From positions 166,160,001 to 166,224,000 of the forward strand of contig JBNRSN020000012.1 in assembly GCA_051313645.2 (NCBI GenBank): 64,000 bases of DNA, in the 5' to 3' direction. The notes under the pieces are model-generated. The model made no database searches. It was not told where the DNA came from and worked only from the letters and a program-made list of their open reading frames with translations. This document shows, in pieces, positions 35,451-49,223 of the stretch (position 1 is the stretch's first letter; each line of letters opens with the position of its first letter). The DNA is from Centroscyllium fabricii (lineage: Eukaryota). The translations under genes and the position numbers were made by a program.

Positions 35451-37004
35451 CACCATCTTAACTGCGCATCCTGAATGCCAAACACCATGCGCTTCCACAC
35501 CTCATGGCTCCATGATCCCCAGTATTCCAAGAAGTTGTGAGTGTAGGGGGTGGCCTTGTGGGGGTCACAATTAGCTCGGAGTGCCTTCAGCACTGGCACA
35601 GGCTCCCAGGCCCCTGAGGCAGCACACAGTACACTGAGGCTCATTTTCTCCATCCATCACAAGCAATGGTTTAGAGCTTAGCCGCTGCAAAACTGGTTTA
35701 AGGCCAAAGAGCAGCATCACATGCAATCATGTACACAGAATCATTAAACATTGCCATTCTAATATAACGTTTATTAAGGAAATACAGCAACCATGGGGAA
35801 ATGAATGGTTCTTTGAGTGAACACCAGCACCTAGCAATCAGTCCACTTATTTGGTCCCAGCCATCACACCTACATGCAGCTATGAAAATTCACAGATTCA
35901 ATCTGAGCAATGCACACGTTCAGCCAGTCCAGTTTTGAGATTGCACAATGCTTTCCATTGTCCTTCAGGGTCTGCCACTGTCACGTGCTGCCCCTCCCTT
36001 TTCAACTGTGCGAGACCTTCACCGCATCCATCTGCTTCTGTTCTGGTGGTCTCAGAGACTTTGTGGTTGCAATCAACCCTATCAAAGTTCCTCCAGCGAC
36101 TGAGGGCTTCACTTTCAAGCAATCAAAGTACTTCCTTCATCCTCTGTTGCTCCAGAGATGTACCGCACAGTGATGCAAGCGCTGTTGCGTTTCTTTCTTA
36201 AACTTTCCTGGCTCTGCCTTAAACTGTCGTAGAGGTGTTTCAGGGCTGGCCATCCCCTCATCTACGAGGAAATATGCAACACAGTTCTCACAGCTTTTTG
36301 GAGGGCCTGGAGAGGCCTGGCTGGCCCATAGTGTTCAGAAGCTAGGCATGCTGCCACCATCACTGATTCGCCCGGTCCTTCATGGTGATGTGTTGTGGGG
36401 GGGCCAGCTGCCAAATGCAAATGTTGGATGCGTGGCCACTTTGCACAGTTTGCACCTTTAATCGTTATCCACATTCATCCTTATGAAGTTTAGTTATGTT
36501 CAGCATTCACCCTTCTGATGTTTGTTTCTGTTCAACGTTAATCCTTATGTTTGGTCGCTCTCCAGTGTGTTGGTTCTGATGGTTGGATGGTTCCCAGCTT
36601 CATCGTTGTGCTCGTTGGTGTGGCTGTGCTTGCAGGTAAGTCGCATTCAATGACCTTCAACCTTCACCATGGGCCTCCTGTCTGTTTTGTAACCTTATGC
36701 CTTTTGCTGTAACTCCTTCTGTTGACGTGCGGATGCATCATTGCATAACTGTGAGGGCTGACCGAATGTTGGCCAGCCTGCATAAGGCGTCAATCTGGAA
36801 TGGCTAGTCGCAAGGTTCCAGACGTGACAAGTGCAGGAGGTCCCATGCCCCTTCGTGTGCGCTGCTAAAAAGTGACTACATCCTTAATCAGATCATTTGC
36901 CATCACCCAAGTGACTCCCCTTGTGCCTAATAGTGCTTTATTTTACTCTTACGTGTGCTTCTACATGGTGCTGTCCCTGTGGTGTCAGCAGATGTGGAGG
37001 CCCC

Positions 37005-38925
37005 CTACTCACTTCCCTGCTGCTCCTGTGTCGACACCTTTGGCGGGCGTCCTCTGGGGCGGCGAGCCTGTGAGGACTCGCCACCAGTCTTCTGCTCCTG
37101 CGGCTGGGCAGGCGATGAGACTTCCATCTCTGTTGGGTGGGGACTCCGGCGGACCTCTGACCGAGGGCTCTGCAGTGGCATGGAAGTGGGAGCGTTTGGA
37201 GAGGAGCCCCCACTTCCTGCAAGTGTGCCACCAACCTTTCTCTCATGGGTCAGCTCCCCCTCAGCGCCTGCAAGTGGTTGGACAGCACCTTGCTGCACAT
37301 CAGGGGGGCCATGGGGACCTGTATCTGCACTGGAAGTCCTACTCGGAAGGACTTCCATGAAGATCCGGTTCCTGTGTTCAATAGATGCCCATCGCTCCTC
37401 AAGAGATGTCACTCTATTGTGAACACTCACCATGTTTTCGATACACTGGCGACTTATCTGCTCCATGGCCATTGCCATCCTCTCCTCCACTGTAGCCATC
37501 CTTTCCATGGAGGTTGCCATCCTTGCCATGGTGATGCGGTCATGCGCCACTGACTCCACAAAGGCTCTGCTCATGTTCGCTACGGACTCCTCCATTCGCT
37601 TCACACTCGTAGCTACCTCGGAGACAAAACCTGCCAGACACTCCTGCATCTCTGTATGGAGTCCCATCACCTGTACTCTGCCGGATTACCCAGAGGCAGA
37701 GGGTCAACCTGCAGCTGAGCTGAGCTGTCAGAGTCCTGCGCCCTCCGACTAGGACTCTCCAATGCTGTCCCTGTCTCCACAATCTGCTGAGGCTCACTTG
37801 TGATTTGTGATTCACCTGGTGACAATACTAAGCTATGTCCCAAATCGTCCCACCGAGGTGCGAGTATCTGCGCTGGTGCTGGGTGTCCTCAGTGCTGCTG
37901 ACGCTGCGCCCTCAGAGGTGGGAGCTTCCTCTGAGGATTCCCACCAGGCAGGCTCTTCAGCTGTACCACTGGGCAGCTGCTCTCCCGATGGTCCTGTGGG
38001 GCAGTAAATGAAGAAGTTAGAGATGTGCTACTAAGGTTACATTCACAGAGCATTTAGCAGATGAACACAAGTCCAGCTGATGTACTTTTATATTCATTGT
38101 GGCAGACTCATGTAATGGCTATGATAGAGATATTAAACAATTCTGTAACCAGCTTGCGATGCTGCCCCTGCCTCTCCCCCGCCTACTCCCGACGCATCTC
38201 CATTCCCCACAATTTTCAAGACTCCTTCCTCCCATGGGGTGAGGTGGGTGATGGAGGGTGGGCCTCCTCCGGTCCTGGCTCTCTCCCGGTTGTTGATGGC
38301 TGTCTTTTCCTGCAATGAGGGAGACAAGTGGAGGTTGAGTGAGAATGAAGGAGTTTGTGCAGCGAGTGAACAGCAAAGATAGTTGGAGGGAGAGAAAGAT
38401 GGAGTAAGGCTGCAAGACCAAGGGCTCTCCCTGTGAGCTGTCAGATGTGGTGCGAGCATCAGAGTGAGAGGGAGTGTGAGGGCTGCATGGTCGAAAAGGG
38501 CTGTGAATGTGAGCATAGAGAGAGAGGGAATGGGTAAGGGTGCTTGGATGTGATCGTGAAGTGGGATGTGGAGGAAGGGACTGGTGAAGCTAAGTGCTGC
38601 TGAGGAAAGGCGAGGGGGATCAGATTGAGGGTGATGGAAACTTCATACTTACTTTAGCAGTGCAATGAAGGTCATGGAATCTCTTCCTGCACTGGAGCCA
38701 GGACCGTGGTGTAATTACCAGGGAGATGACCCCCTCAGCCACCTGCAGCCAGGCAGCCTTCGTCTGGGAGGGAGGTCTCTTCCTCCCTGAGGAGGGGAAG
38801 AGAACCTCCCTATGAGCCGTAGCCCCCTCTAATAAGGAATCGAGCGACGCGTCATCAAATTTTGGGGCGGGTCGTCCCCTGCTGCTGCCCGATGCAGCAT
38901 GCTGTCGCTCGGCATTGTCCTGGAT
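37005..38925 (-). pseudogene. Multi-exon Myb/SANT (NAIF1-type) Harbinger partner gene
   Basis: Exon ending 38653 reads RPAPKFDDASLDSLL...AAWLQVA...RSWLQCRKRFHDL; GTAAGT donor; next exon EKTAINNRERARTGGGPP from 38309; no clear ATG and an internal stop. Confidence 0.75.
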
Positions 38926-40230
38926 GTTAGCAGAATGCTGAGGAGTGCGGGAGGCGAGCTGTGTTCATTAAAAGAAAGGGGAATGCTGACGTCATACTGT
39001 GCGACTTTCTGACTGGAAATCCTAGATTGAGAAGGCTTCCCACATGCGGGGATTTAATTGGGCACTTAGACCAAAATACCGTGGGGCACGCAGACACTTT
39101 AGCGGGCAGGCCAGAATGCCGACCCGCCCGAAACCCGACAATTCCCTGCACTTCCGGCAAAATCCCCCCCTAGAAGGGGAAAAATTTGCAAGGCTACGGG
39201 GAAAGGGCAAAAGAGTGAGACTAGTTGGATAGCTCTTTCAAAGAGCCAGCACAGGCACGATGGGCTGAATTCCTCCTTCTGTGCGCTATCATTCTATGAT
39301 TCTAGAGGGATGGGCTGAATGGCTTTTTCCCATCCCTGGCTTTTCTTATATAGAAATAAATTACTCCTGGTACAGAACATTGCATGACCAGAGCGCATAT
39401 AAAGAATTTGGACAAGGTGGTTAGCGAATTTCACTTGATTTTCCATTCACGAAGATTAATAGATAGATAAACACACTGACCTCTTCACCTGAATTCCTGT
39501 AAGAAGTCACACAACACCAGGTTATTGTCCAACAGTTTTATTTGAAATCACAAGCTTTTGGAGCGTTGCTCCTTCATCAGGTGTAATAGTGATGCATAAA
39601 GTGCAACACCGGCACCTTCACATCCTGAATTCCTGATATGTGCTCTCTTTTTCCGATTAGCAGTACTAATTGGTACCCTAGATTTTTCTTTACCTAATTT
39701 CCCCTCTCCTTGATTGTCATTCAACTGATTCTGCATAAAGCCAAAGAAAGAGAAAGGCAGTGAAGAAGTCTCCTTTTTGTCCCATAAAACCAATAGATTG
39801 CCTCCACACTATGTTTGTACCAATATGTTATATTACACTTAACCAAATAGCTTTCATGTTGTGAGGAGGTTTTTATGGTTTAAGTACATCTTAAGTTGCT
39901 CCCAGCACTACCTACACCAGTGGCAAATGTTTAACTATCATTATTTCACCTAGTGTGCTATAGCTTTATTTTGCAAAATGTTCTCTCTCAGTTTGGTGGG
40001 GAAAAATCTTTAATGATAGTGTTGAGTGTTTTTAATAGTGTAAGTGGATGTAGTAGGAAAGATTTCACTGGCCCAGCATGCATTACTGAAATTCTACTGT
40101 CAGCGCTGCAATACCACTCCATGTTAAGATGTTCATTGTAATTTCTCCCCTCCTCCCGCATTCAGCGTCCACTTGGTTGGTGCAGTGTTGGATGGGCTAG
40201 TTGAGAATAAACATAAAACTAGGTTCTCAC

Positions 40231-40360
40231 CTGAAAATTTGGAGAAATTTCGAACTGGTATCAGTCTTTGTCGAGTTTTCGTAGTACTTTCATCTTCATA
40301 GATTAAAACAATAGCAGGTGGTTTAAACTTAACGCCGCACTTCTTTGGAATATAGGCCAT
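40231..40360 (-). CDS. CEP19: Centrosomal protein 19, first coding exon
   Basis: [22 protein letters not shown]...PVRNFSKFS; GTGAGA donor at 40230 (phase 1); likely acceptor at 40518. Confidence 0.95.
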
Positions 40361-41739
40361 CTTGTTTCAGCTACAAGATCCTTTGACCTTGCAGGCAATT
40401 CATCAGCAAGGTTGGAGAGTCAGTGACATTATGACAGTCAATAACCTCGGTGTCTGGCTCCAGAGATCTTCGTAGCATACAGTTTAAAGTAGTGAAGAAT
40501 AATCTACAAGGAACATCCTGTTTGGGGAAAAATAAGTAAATTTAAGTTAAAGCATTTGAATCTCTTCTGTGAAACTAGAGAAAAATAGGTTGTCTAGAAG
40601 ACATGGCAGCTGCTGGTGGCTATACTGAATCCAGGGGTATTATACCTCTGAGAATAAACTGAAACAGGTCATCTATGTGACACTTCCTGGGCAATGGTTC
40701 CATTGGCACTGGCAGCCTTCCAGTATCTCAGTGAAGTAGCCACTGATCAGAAGCAAACCTGGACAGTACGTGTCCACAAGAAATTTGACTGTGATCAAGA
40801 ATCCTGAGCCTGATCTTGGCCACACACAGACACTTTCCAATTGGGGTCACTGGACAGCAATCAAACACAGAAGGCCTGGCTAATTTTTCCCATTCCTGGG
40901 ACTGTGAGCTTAATAGTAGTGCCCCACTGGTTCGCTGTCTGGGATCAGATAGGTCAGCATAAACTTGGCCAAAATTGGATCTTCCTGGTCTGTATGGCAT
41001 ATTTACTTACTGAGCCATTGGGAAAGCTCATCTTACAGTATTTCGACAATATGCATTGTGAAAGAGATTTTTTTTGTTTCACTGAAGTCACTGGTTAATG
41101 TGAGCATTATTTACAAATATATTGAATAATGGAATTTCTACTTTTGTTCCCTTCATCTCCTTCCTGAAGGTGGCGACATGATGGGTTATAGTTCTATCAA
41201 CATTGGCAGCCCTCTGGTACCTTGCCCAGTTGACCTTTCTTGATGTGTGAGCCTCGTCAGTCTGTGGACTCGGACTGTGGCAGCACACGCAAGCCTTACC
41301 CTGTCCAGCAGTGGCCAATGGACAGCAACGTAGAACAGGAAGCCTGTCTGAAATTCTCAACTCTGACCCAAGGCCACTGAAGCCAATTGTAGTGCCCCAT
41401 CACTGCCCTGACCAAGACCAGTTAACTCAACACTGACAAGAGATGGACCTAGATGACACGGTGCAGTCGCACATCAAGCATTTACATACTGAGCTATCAC
41501 AAGAGCCAAATTTTATTTTAAAGCTAAGTTATCAGAAGGGTTTGACTTGCAAGCCTGTACTTTGTGCCATAATCAAGGATGCGATGAAAGACAGGGGTGG
41601 TTTCCCATTACTCAGAAGCTGTTTATTTATACTACCTGATATTTTTCAATCTTGGTGGCATCCTGTGCTATTAGCCTTGGCCTTTCCTTAAGTTTCTCAA
41701 AAAAAAATCTGTGAAATTATTCAGCTCTAAATAACTCAC

Positions 41740-42090
41740 TGGTGGCTCAGTGAGTTTATTCAATGAGTGGATGAGCTACTTGAAAGGTCCCAGTTTCGAA
41801 CCATGGTTTGTGCTGAATTAGCTGATCTCAGTCAAGACAGCAGGAGCTGCACTGCAATAGGCTTCAGTGGCCCTGGTTTAGGGACAGGAAAATCAGCCAG
41901 GATTCTCACTTCCAATTGCTGTCAACGATCCTTGGTAGAAATACGCAAAATGGATGTTTAGTGATTTGGCAGGATTGGTTGGGATCTTGTCAAATTAGCC
42001 TCGACATTCATCGTCAAGGTTCACAAGTGAATAATAGCCACAAAGATGAGGTACCTAGGAATGACTGGGACCCACAGAACCATAACTCAG
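41740..42090 (+). mobile_element. Ancient tRNA-derived SINE (LF-SINE-like); related pieces near 41200-41500 and 60830-61090
   Basis: Head GGTGGCTCAGTG, B-box-like GTTTCGAACC, then TGTGCTGAATTAGCTGATCTCAG; family name from recall only. Confidence 0.45.
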
Positions 42091-42212
42091 CAAGAAGAAA
42101 AGGAAAGGAAGTGAGGGAACAATAGCAGAGTTTACTAACCACAGGGGATGGGGAAGGCAACGTGCTGCTCAACTCTGCCTCTTCCTTTGAAATTAAAGAT
42201 ATTTAAGACTAA

Positions 42213-42456
42213 GGGGGAGAAATTCGGTATTGCCCCGTTTGGGTCGCAATTATTGGCCGAGCGCAAAGTTTAGCACCTGGCGCTAATTATCGCCTCTGAA
42301 GGCAGATGGGCCTCTGTTTAACATCTCCCGCAAAATGTCTGGTCAATTTCACGGGCGGCGCAAACATCGCCGTGCCTGAGCGCTAGTTGCATTCCGCTCT
42401 ATTAGTGCCCCCTTAGGGCGCTAACAGGAGGTGCAAAGCAAACAAATTGTTCCCCC
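42213..42456. mobile_element. PIF/Harbinger-type MITE
   Basis: TAA on both sides; TIRs GGGGGAGAAATT / AATTGTTCCCCC. Confidence 0.75.
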
Positions 42457-44330
42457 TAAGCCTTCTGATAGAACAAGTCTACCAGTGAAACCTGGCCCAA
42501 GGTTTTTGCAAAGTAAAAATTTGCACTTCTTTATGCCAAAACAGCATGTTTCAGATGATCAAGCTATTGCTGGCATAGAAACATAGAAGATAGGAGCTGG
42601 AGTAGGCCATTTGGCCCCTCGAGCCTGCTCCGCCATTCAATGCGATCATGGCTGATCATCCAAATTCAGTACCCTGTCTCTGCCTTCTCCCCATATCCCT
42701 TTTCTTTCCCTTTACTCTGCTAAAGCTGCTCACACCTATTCAGGGCCATCCTGTGTTCCTTTAATTTCTCCGAATATCTCTTACCTTCCCCCGCCTTCCA
42801 GCCTGTCACTGATCTTTCCTTTGTTCTTTCAGCCCCTCCCTCCCTCCACCCCAGCTTTAAAATCTCTCCCCTCCTGGCTTCTCCAGTTTTGAAGAAAGGT
42901 CATCAACCTGAAACGTCAACTCTGCTCCTCTCTCCACCGATGCTGCCTGGCCTGCTGAGTTTCTCCAGCGTTTTCTGTTGTTCTTTCAGATTTCCAGCAT
43001 CCGCAGTATTTTGCTATCATACAATTTGTCTTCTTCACTGCCTGCTGCACCTGCATGCTTACTTTCAGTGACTGGTGCACAAGAACACCCAGGTCTCGTT
43101 GCACTTCCCCTTCTCCCAATCTATTGCCATTCAGATAATAGTCTGCCTTCCTGTTTTTGACATCAAAGTGGAATACCTCGCATTTATCCACGTCATATTG
43201 CATCTGCCAGGCTTCTGTCACTCTCACATCCTCCCACTTGTTAAGAACAAAATACATTTAGGAACAGAAAGCATTAAAACCAACAAGCCCATTTCTTGTT
43301 CATATATTTCAACATCAACAGTCCTAGCTCAACTTAAGAAGTAATTACCCCAAAACCAGAGATAATTATCATTACTATTGACATGGGTAGTGAACTGGTT
43401 AGAAGGTTGGAGACAGAGAGTAGGAATAATGAACATGCACTCAAATTGTCAGGATGTGACGAGTGGTGTCCCTTGGGGATCTGTACTGGGGCCGCAACTT
43501 TTCACGATATTTATAAATGACTTAGATGAAGGAATAGAGAGACGTATATCCAGGTTTGCTGACGACACCAAGTTAGGTGGCATAGTAAATATTTCAGCCC
43601 ATGTGCTGCTGAATCTCTCATGTGTGTCTTTGTCACCTCCAGACTCGACTATTTCAATACTCTTCTGACCATCCTCCCATCCTCCTCCTCTGTAAACAAC
43701 AGCTCTTCCAAATTCTTGCTGCTCATATCCTATGCTGCACCAGGTCCCGCTTATCCATCAACTCCTGTCCTCCCTGATCTACATTGGCTCCCAGTCCCCC
43801 AACAAATCAAATTTTAAAATTGTCAACCTCGTGCTTAAATCCCTTCATGGCCTCACCCCTTCCTATCTCTAAACCTCCTTCAGCCCTACAACCTCCTCCA
43901 AACGCCTTGTTCCGCCTAGGCCCCATACTCTGGAATTCCCTCCCTAAACCTCTCCACTTCTCCACCTCCCTCTTCTAATATCTCCTTCTCTGGCAAAGGT
44001 TCCATTTTTTACATTACAGCTCTGTGTCTTTATCAACAACAAAAACTGGTATTTGTATAAAAAGTCCCAAGAGTACTTCACAAAGTCATAAGCAAAAACA
44101 AAAATCACTAATCTAACTGTGAATCCCTGATTTAACACTCACTGCTTTTTACTCTCACTTATTATTAGTTACTAATATAATTGCTATAATCAGTAATAAA
44201 ACTCTCAATGGTATTATTAGTAAAACTCTTAATATAACTCATCGGTACTAATATAGAAAGAAAATAACTTGCATTTCTATAGCGCCTTACACAACCTCAG
44301 GATGTTTATAGCCAATTACATCCTTTTTCC

Positions 44331-44370
44331 AGTTCTGATGAAAGGGTCATCGACCTGAAACGTTAACTCT
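44331..44370 (+). ncRNA. Minimal hammerhead ribozyme motif from a Penelope pseudo-LTR fragment
   Basis: AGTT-CTGATGA-aaGGGTCatcGACCT-GAAA-CGTTAACT: conserved core, stem II and short stem I. Confidence 0.65.
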
Positions 44371-44600
44371 GGGGGGGATTTTAGGAGGTCCCTGAGTGCG
44401 GGTTTCTGGCGGGTCAGTTACTAAAATTCCAATCCAGCGGGCGAGAAGGCTGGATCCCCGCCCATTTGGGATTTTCGTCTGGCAGGTTTTGCCGCCCCGC
44501 ATGTTTCCCGCCCGCCCAGAATTGGACACAATATTCCAGTTGGGGCCGTACCAGTGTTTTATACAGGTTCATCATAATTTCCACACTTTTGTACTCTATA

Positions 44601-45214
44601 CAGGTTGTGCACCGAAAATCCGTGATCCGAAACGCCGGCAGCTTCAGTCTGCCGGCACAAATTGCCCCGACTGCACTGCGCATGCGCAAGATGGCAGCCG
44701 CGATCGCGGCTTCGGCGAATGATCTGTGCATGCGTCGCCGGACGGCTAGCGCATGCACAGATCATTCAAAACAGCCGCCGGTTATTTTCTCGACAGCTGA
44801 GCCCCTTGACTGAGGCGGACAGTCACCAGGCAGCAGCTGTCAGCCCGAGTCCGGCTCGGCGGCAGCAGCAACCCCGAAAGGCGATGGAGAGGGAAGGCGG
44901 ACCTACTGGGCCCGACCCGCGCCCGAACAACCCTCCTTCCCCCCCCCCTGCAAGACCGGCCTTTCACTGCTGCCCGACAGCCCTAAAAGCCAAACGGAAC
45001 GCCACACAAGCCTGAGCCCGTCAAAAAACTTTGCGGCGGCCATTATTGGATGATCTGCGCATGCGCTCGCCAGCCATTCCCAATGTTGTGCGCATGCGCG
45101 TGGCCATTTTGAATGGTGCGCGCATGAGCATTGCCCAACTTCATTCTCCCGTTTTTTTCACTTTCCCGGCACGGGCCTGGTCCCGCCCGTGCCGGATTAA
45201 TGGTGCACAACCTG
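44601..45214. mobile_element. Tc1/mariner-pogo (Tigger-like) MITE inserted in a CR1
   Basis: TA TSD; TIR CAGGTTGTGCACC / GGTGCACAACCTG; CpG-rich interior. Confidence 0.85.
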
Positions 45215-47665
45215 TATCTCTATTTATGAAGCCCAGGATCCCTTAAGTCTTTGTAACTGCCTTCTCAACCTGCCCTGCCACCTTCAACGATTTGTGCACA
45301 CATACCCCCAGGTCTCTCTGTTCGTGCACCCACTTCAGGATTGTACCATTTAGTTTCTATGTCTTCGCCTCATTCTTTCTACCAAAATGTATCACTTTGC
45401 CCTTTTCTGCATTAAATTCCTGAAGTCTATCACACTCCTACTTACTGTTCACTATACTTCCAAGTTTTGTTTCATCTGCAAACTTTGAAATTGTGCCCTG
45501 TACACCCTCGTCCAAGTCATTAATATATATCAAGGAAAGCAGTGGTCCTAGAACCGGCCCCGGGGAACACCACTGTATACCTACCTCCAGTCCGAAAAAC
45601 AACCATTCACCACGGCTCTCTGTTTCCTGTCACTTAGCCAATTCTGTATTCATGCTGCCACTGTCCCTTTTATTCCATGGGCTTCAACTTTGCTGGCAAG
45701 CCTATTATGTAGCACTTTGTCAAACGCCTTTTGGAAATCCATGTGCACGACATCAACTGCATTACCCTCATCAACCCTCTCTGTTACCGAATCAAAGAAC
45801 TCAATCAAGTTAGTTAAACACGATTTGCCTTCAACAAATCTGTGCTTACTTTCCTTAATTAATCCACACTTGTCCAAGTGACTGTTAATTTTGTCCCTGA
45901 TTACTGTTTCTAAAAGCTTCCCCACTACTGAGGTCAAACTGACTGGCCTGTAGTTGCTGGGTTTATCTTTACACCCTTTTTTGAACAATGGTGTAGCATT
46001 TGCAATTCTGAGGGAGTGGAGTGCTGAACTATTGGAGGTGCCGTCCATTGCAAGAGATGTTAAACAGAGGCCCATCTGCCTTCTCAGGTGATGTAAAAGA
46101 TCCCATTGATACTATTTCAAAGACGAGCAGGGGAGTTCTGGCCAGTATTTATCCCTCAACCACTAAAAACAGATTATCTAGTAACTTTTATGTTGCTGTT
46201 TGTGGGAGCTTGCTGTGTGCAAATTTGGCTATCGTGTTTCAAAAGGACTTAAAAACAGAAAATGTTGGAAATACTCAGCAGGTCAGGCAGTATCTGTGGA
46301 GAGAGAAACAGAGGGTGGAATTTTTAAAAAGCGGTGGGAAGCTGGCGGGTTTTGGGCGGGTCAGTTTTCTGTCCCGCCCGCCCAAGGACCTGGGAGGCCC
46401 GAGCGATTTTGGCTCAAGTGGCCAATTAAATCCCCGCCGATCTGTCGGGCTTCCAATACATTAATGGGTGGGAACATAGCCCTTTACATTCACAGTTTGA
46501 GTTGGGCGGGCTGTTGATTGACAGGCCTGAGTAGTAAGAACTCACTAAGCTTGATTGACAGATCTGAAGTGTTGCCTTTGTTTCTATGTTTACATAGCCT
46601 CTGTGAGTCAGACTATGAAAGGAACACTTGAAACCACAAAACAAACAGTTGAAGTGAGTCACTGTTTGTTTGTGGTTTCAATGGAATGTAAACAGAAACT
46701 GATCCCCTGGGTGATTGACAGCTTGGCTCACAGACACAGCGCAGCAGCCCGATCTCTGTTGAATATGAGCAATTTGAAGATGAATGATTTCAGTGTTTTG
46801 GGGCTCTGAAGTTTCTCACCCTTGGATGGCAGCTGCACCTCCAGCATGGTGGAGGCTAGCAAGCTGCTGTGTGGGTGCTGTGCCCATGCCGTGAAGGTGG
46901 TAGACACCCAGCCGCCTGGGTTCCCACCACCTTTTTTACGGCGGGGTTTTCACCAGGCGGGTTTTGGGTGGGAAGAGGGCTAAAATAGCTGAGGGCCCTT
47001 AAAATAGGATGTGAAGGCCTTAGAGAGGGTGCAAAAAAGATTTATGAGAATAATTACGAGAAAGGGACTTCAGTTACGTTGATAGACTGGAGAAGCTGGG
47101 GTTCTTCTCCTGAGAGGAGATTTGATAGCAGTGTTTAAAATCATGAGGGGTCGGGACAGAGTAGAATAAGGGAAACTTCCCATTGGCAGAAGGATCGTGA
47201 ACCAGAGGACACAGATTTAAGGTGATTGGCAAAGAAACCAAAGGCGACATGCGGAAAAACATTTTTACGCAGCAAGTGGTTAAGATCTGGAATGCACTGC
47301 CCGAGAGGATGATGGAGGCAGATTCAATCACGGCTTTCAAAAGGGAGTTGGATAAGTATCTGAAGGAAAGAAATTTGCAGGACTACGGGGAAAGGGCGGG
47401 GGGAGTGGGACTAGCTGAGAGGGACTAGCTGAGATTGCACGGGCTTGATGGGCCTAATGGCCTCCTTCTGTGCTGTAACTGTAATATTTGCATACGGAAT
47501 TGTCATTGGCTGCAGACATTCTGCAAGGACAGCTACTGTTTGGAAAGTTCCGGAACACGGGGTCCTAAAGCCACATTTTATCCAGTGGTGCTGCAGCCAG
47601 TAGATCAGACCTTATGCTGTAATAAAAGAGTTAATTTATAATACTCCGTTGTCCTGCAACATATT

Positions 47666-48383
47666 GGCCCAGAAATTAGCCTTGGAGCCTTCGTGCGAGT
47701 GCAGGGCTCCTAGTTACACTTACCCTGCACTTTTGCCGTTTTGAAATTTTACGCTATGAACTCCCGAGTTGTACAGCAGCTTCAGGCTCTATGCGATCTG
47801 CTGGTGCAACTCAGTGGCGAAATTAGTGCGAGATATCGCACAAGACCATGTGATCAGCAGGGAGCCAATCAATGGAAGCAATCCTCCATTCAAAACTTAC
47901 ACGGAGAAATCGGTGTAACTTTTGAATTGGAAGAGCTTCAAAAACACATCTAAAACACAAAAATAAAATAAAAAAAACACATTTTTTAAACAATACTCTA
48001 ACTAACATAAATTACCTATTTTAAAGAAAAAATAAAAATTTAGAAAAAAATGTTAGCGTCTTTAACTGGCCTAAAAGAATACTTACCTGTCTTTAAAGTT
48101 TAAATTTTTTTTAAACCTGTAAAAATACTTAAAATCTATAAAATAAAGACCTACCTGCTAAAAACCGGTGCTTACGTCTGATATTTTCAAGTGTAAAATC
48201 TTCCATACTTACCCCGATAAAAAAAAGTCGGAAAAAAACCCGGATCCATCTCGCAGCAGCTCTCTCTCCCCGCCCCGCCGCCGCCCCGCTGGAAGCTGGA
48301 AACGGCTGCTCCCTGCGATTCGGAGCTCGGGTGCGCTAACACCCGGCTCCAAAACCTCCTGCGCTCATCGGAAGTATTGGCCC
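47666..48383. mobile_element. Probable non-autonomous DNA transposon (Harbinger-like)
   Basis: ATT flanks, imperfect TIRs GGCCCAGAAATT / AAGTATTGGCCC, CpG-rich ends and AT-rich middle. Confidence 0.45.
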
Positions 48384-48745
48384 ATTATTTTTGTACAAAG
48401 TGTGCAAAACAAGACAGTAACTATTCTAAGATTCTACTGCACTGGGAGTGTCATCCTAGATTTTGTGCTCAAGTCTCTGGAGTGGGACTTCACCCAAAAC
48501 TTCTGACCCAGAGGCAAGAGTGAGCCACTGGCTGACAGTATTAGTCACCATTATAACTCTGATTCAGCACTAATATAACTCACTGCTTTATAGTCTCGCT
48601 GTTAATAGTTACCATATTGATCAGTAATAAAACTCTCACTGGTATTGTTAGTAAAACTCCTAGTAATCACTAATCTAACGCTGGCTGTTAATAGTTCTTG
48701 TATAATTCTAATTAATACATCTGTTATTTTGCTGTTGATACAAAC

Positions 48746-49162
48746 CTCAGGTGGCCTGAACTAGGCCTTGACAACCTCTATCCCCATGGCAACCCGGCCC
48801 GGACAAGACTTTCCCGGGGTGGAGCGCTGAGATGCCTGACAATAATAAGACGCCCAACGACCCTCTACACCTATTTAACACGATTAATAATTCAGTAAAA
48901 GTGCTATCACTATTCTAATATTTTCCCCTGCCGTATGTAAAGGAGAAGCGGTGAATTTCGAGGATTGTGTTGCTGTGCACTCGGGCCGCGTGAAGGACAG
49001 CCGGGCCCTGGACCTGGGAGCAAATTAAGTACCGAGAGCCGGCCCCAACCCCAGGCCCCGAGAGCCGGCCCCGGCCCCGGCCCCAACCCCAACCCCAGGC
49101 CCCGAGAGCCGGCTCCGGTCCCGGAGAGTCAGCCCGAGTCTGATTGCAGCAGGAAGGTCGCG
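48746..49162. promoter_or_regulatory. CpG-rich bidirectional CEP19/PIGX promoter region with putative non-coding CEP19 exon 1
   Basis: Genes diverge from here; X-box-like GTTGCCATGGGGAT (minus, 48780-48793); candidate minus-strand donor GAG|GTTTGT at 48745. Confidence 0.65.
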
Positions 49163-49223
49163 ATGGATGTCGGCGGGGCGGCGCTGGTTATTTTCGGTTG
49201 TATTTGTGTCGGTGTTTGCAAAG
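49163..49223 (+). CDS. PIGX: PIG-X exon 1 (signal peptide)
   Basis: MDVGGAALVIFGCICVGVCK; AG|GTAAGA donor; phase 1 matches exon 2. Confidence 0.75.

Larger units (their letters stand above)
33935..39170. mobile_element. Full-length PIF/Harbinger transposon in CEP19 intron
   Basis: G-rich TIRs (GGGGGG..GATTTT / AAAATCCCCCCC); 3-bp TAG duplication splitting a CR1 tail; convergent transposase and Myb genes. Confidence 0.85.

Noticed and set aside
34354-35474. Domesticated host HARBI1 gene
   Set aside because: Has a stop, a frameshift and a lost catalytic Asp, and lies between TIRs with a TSD
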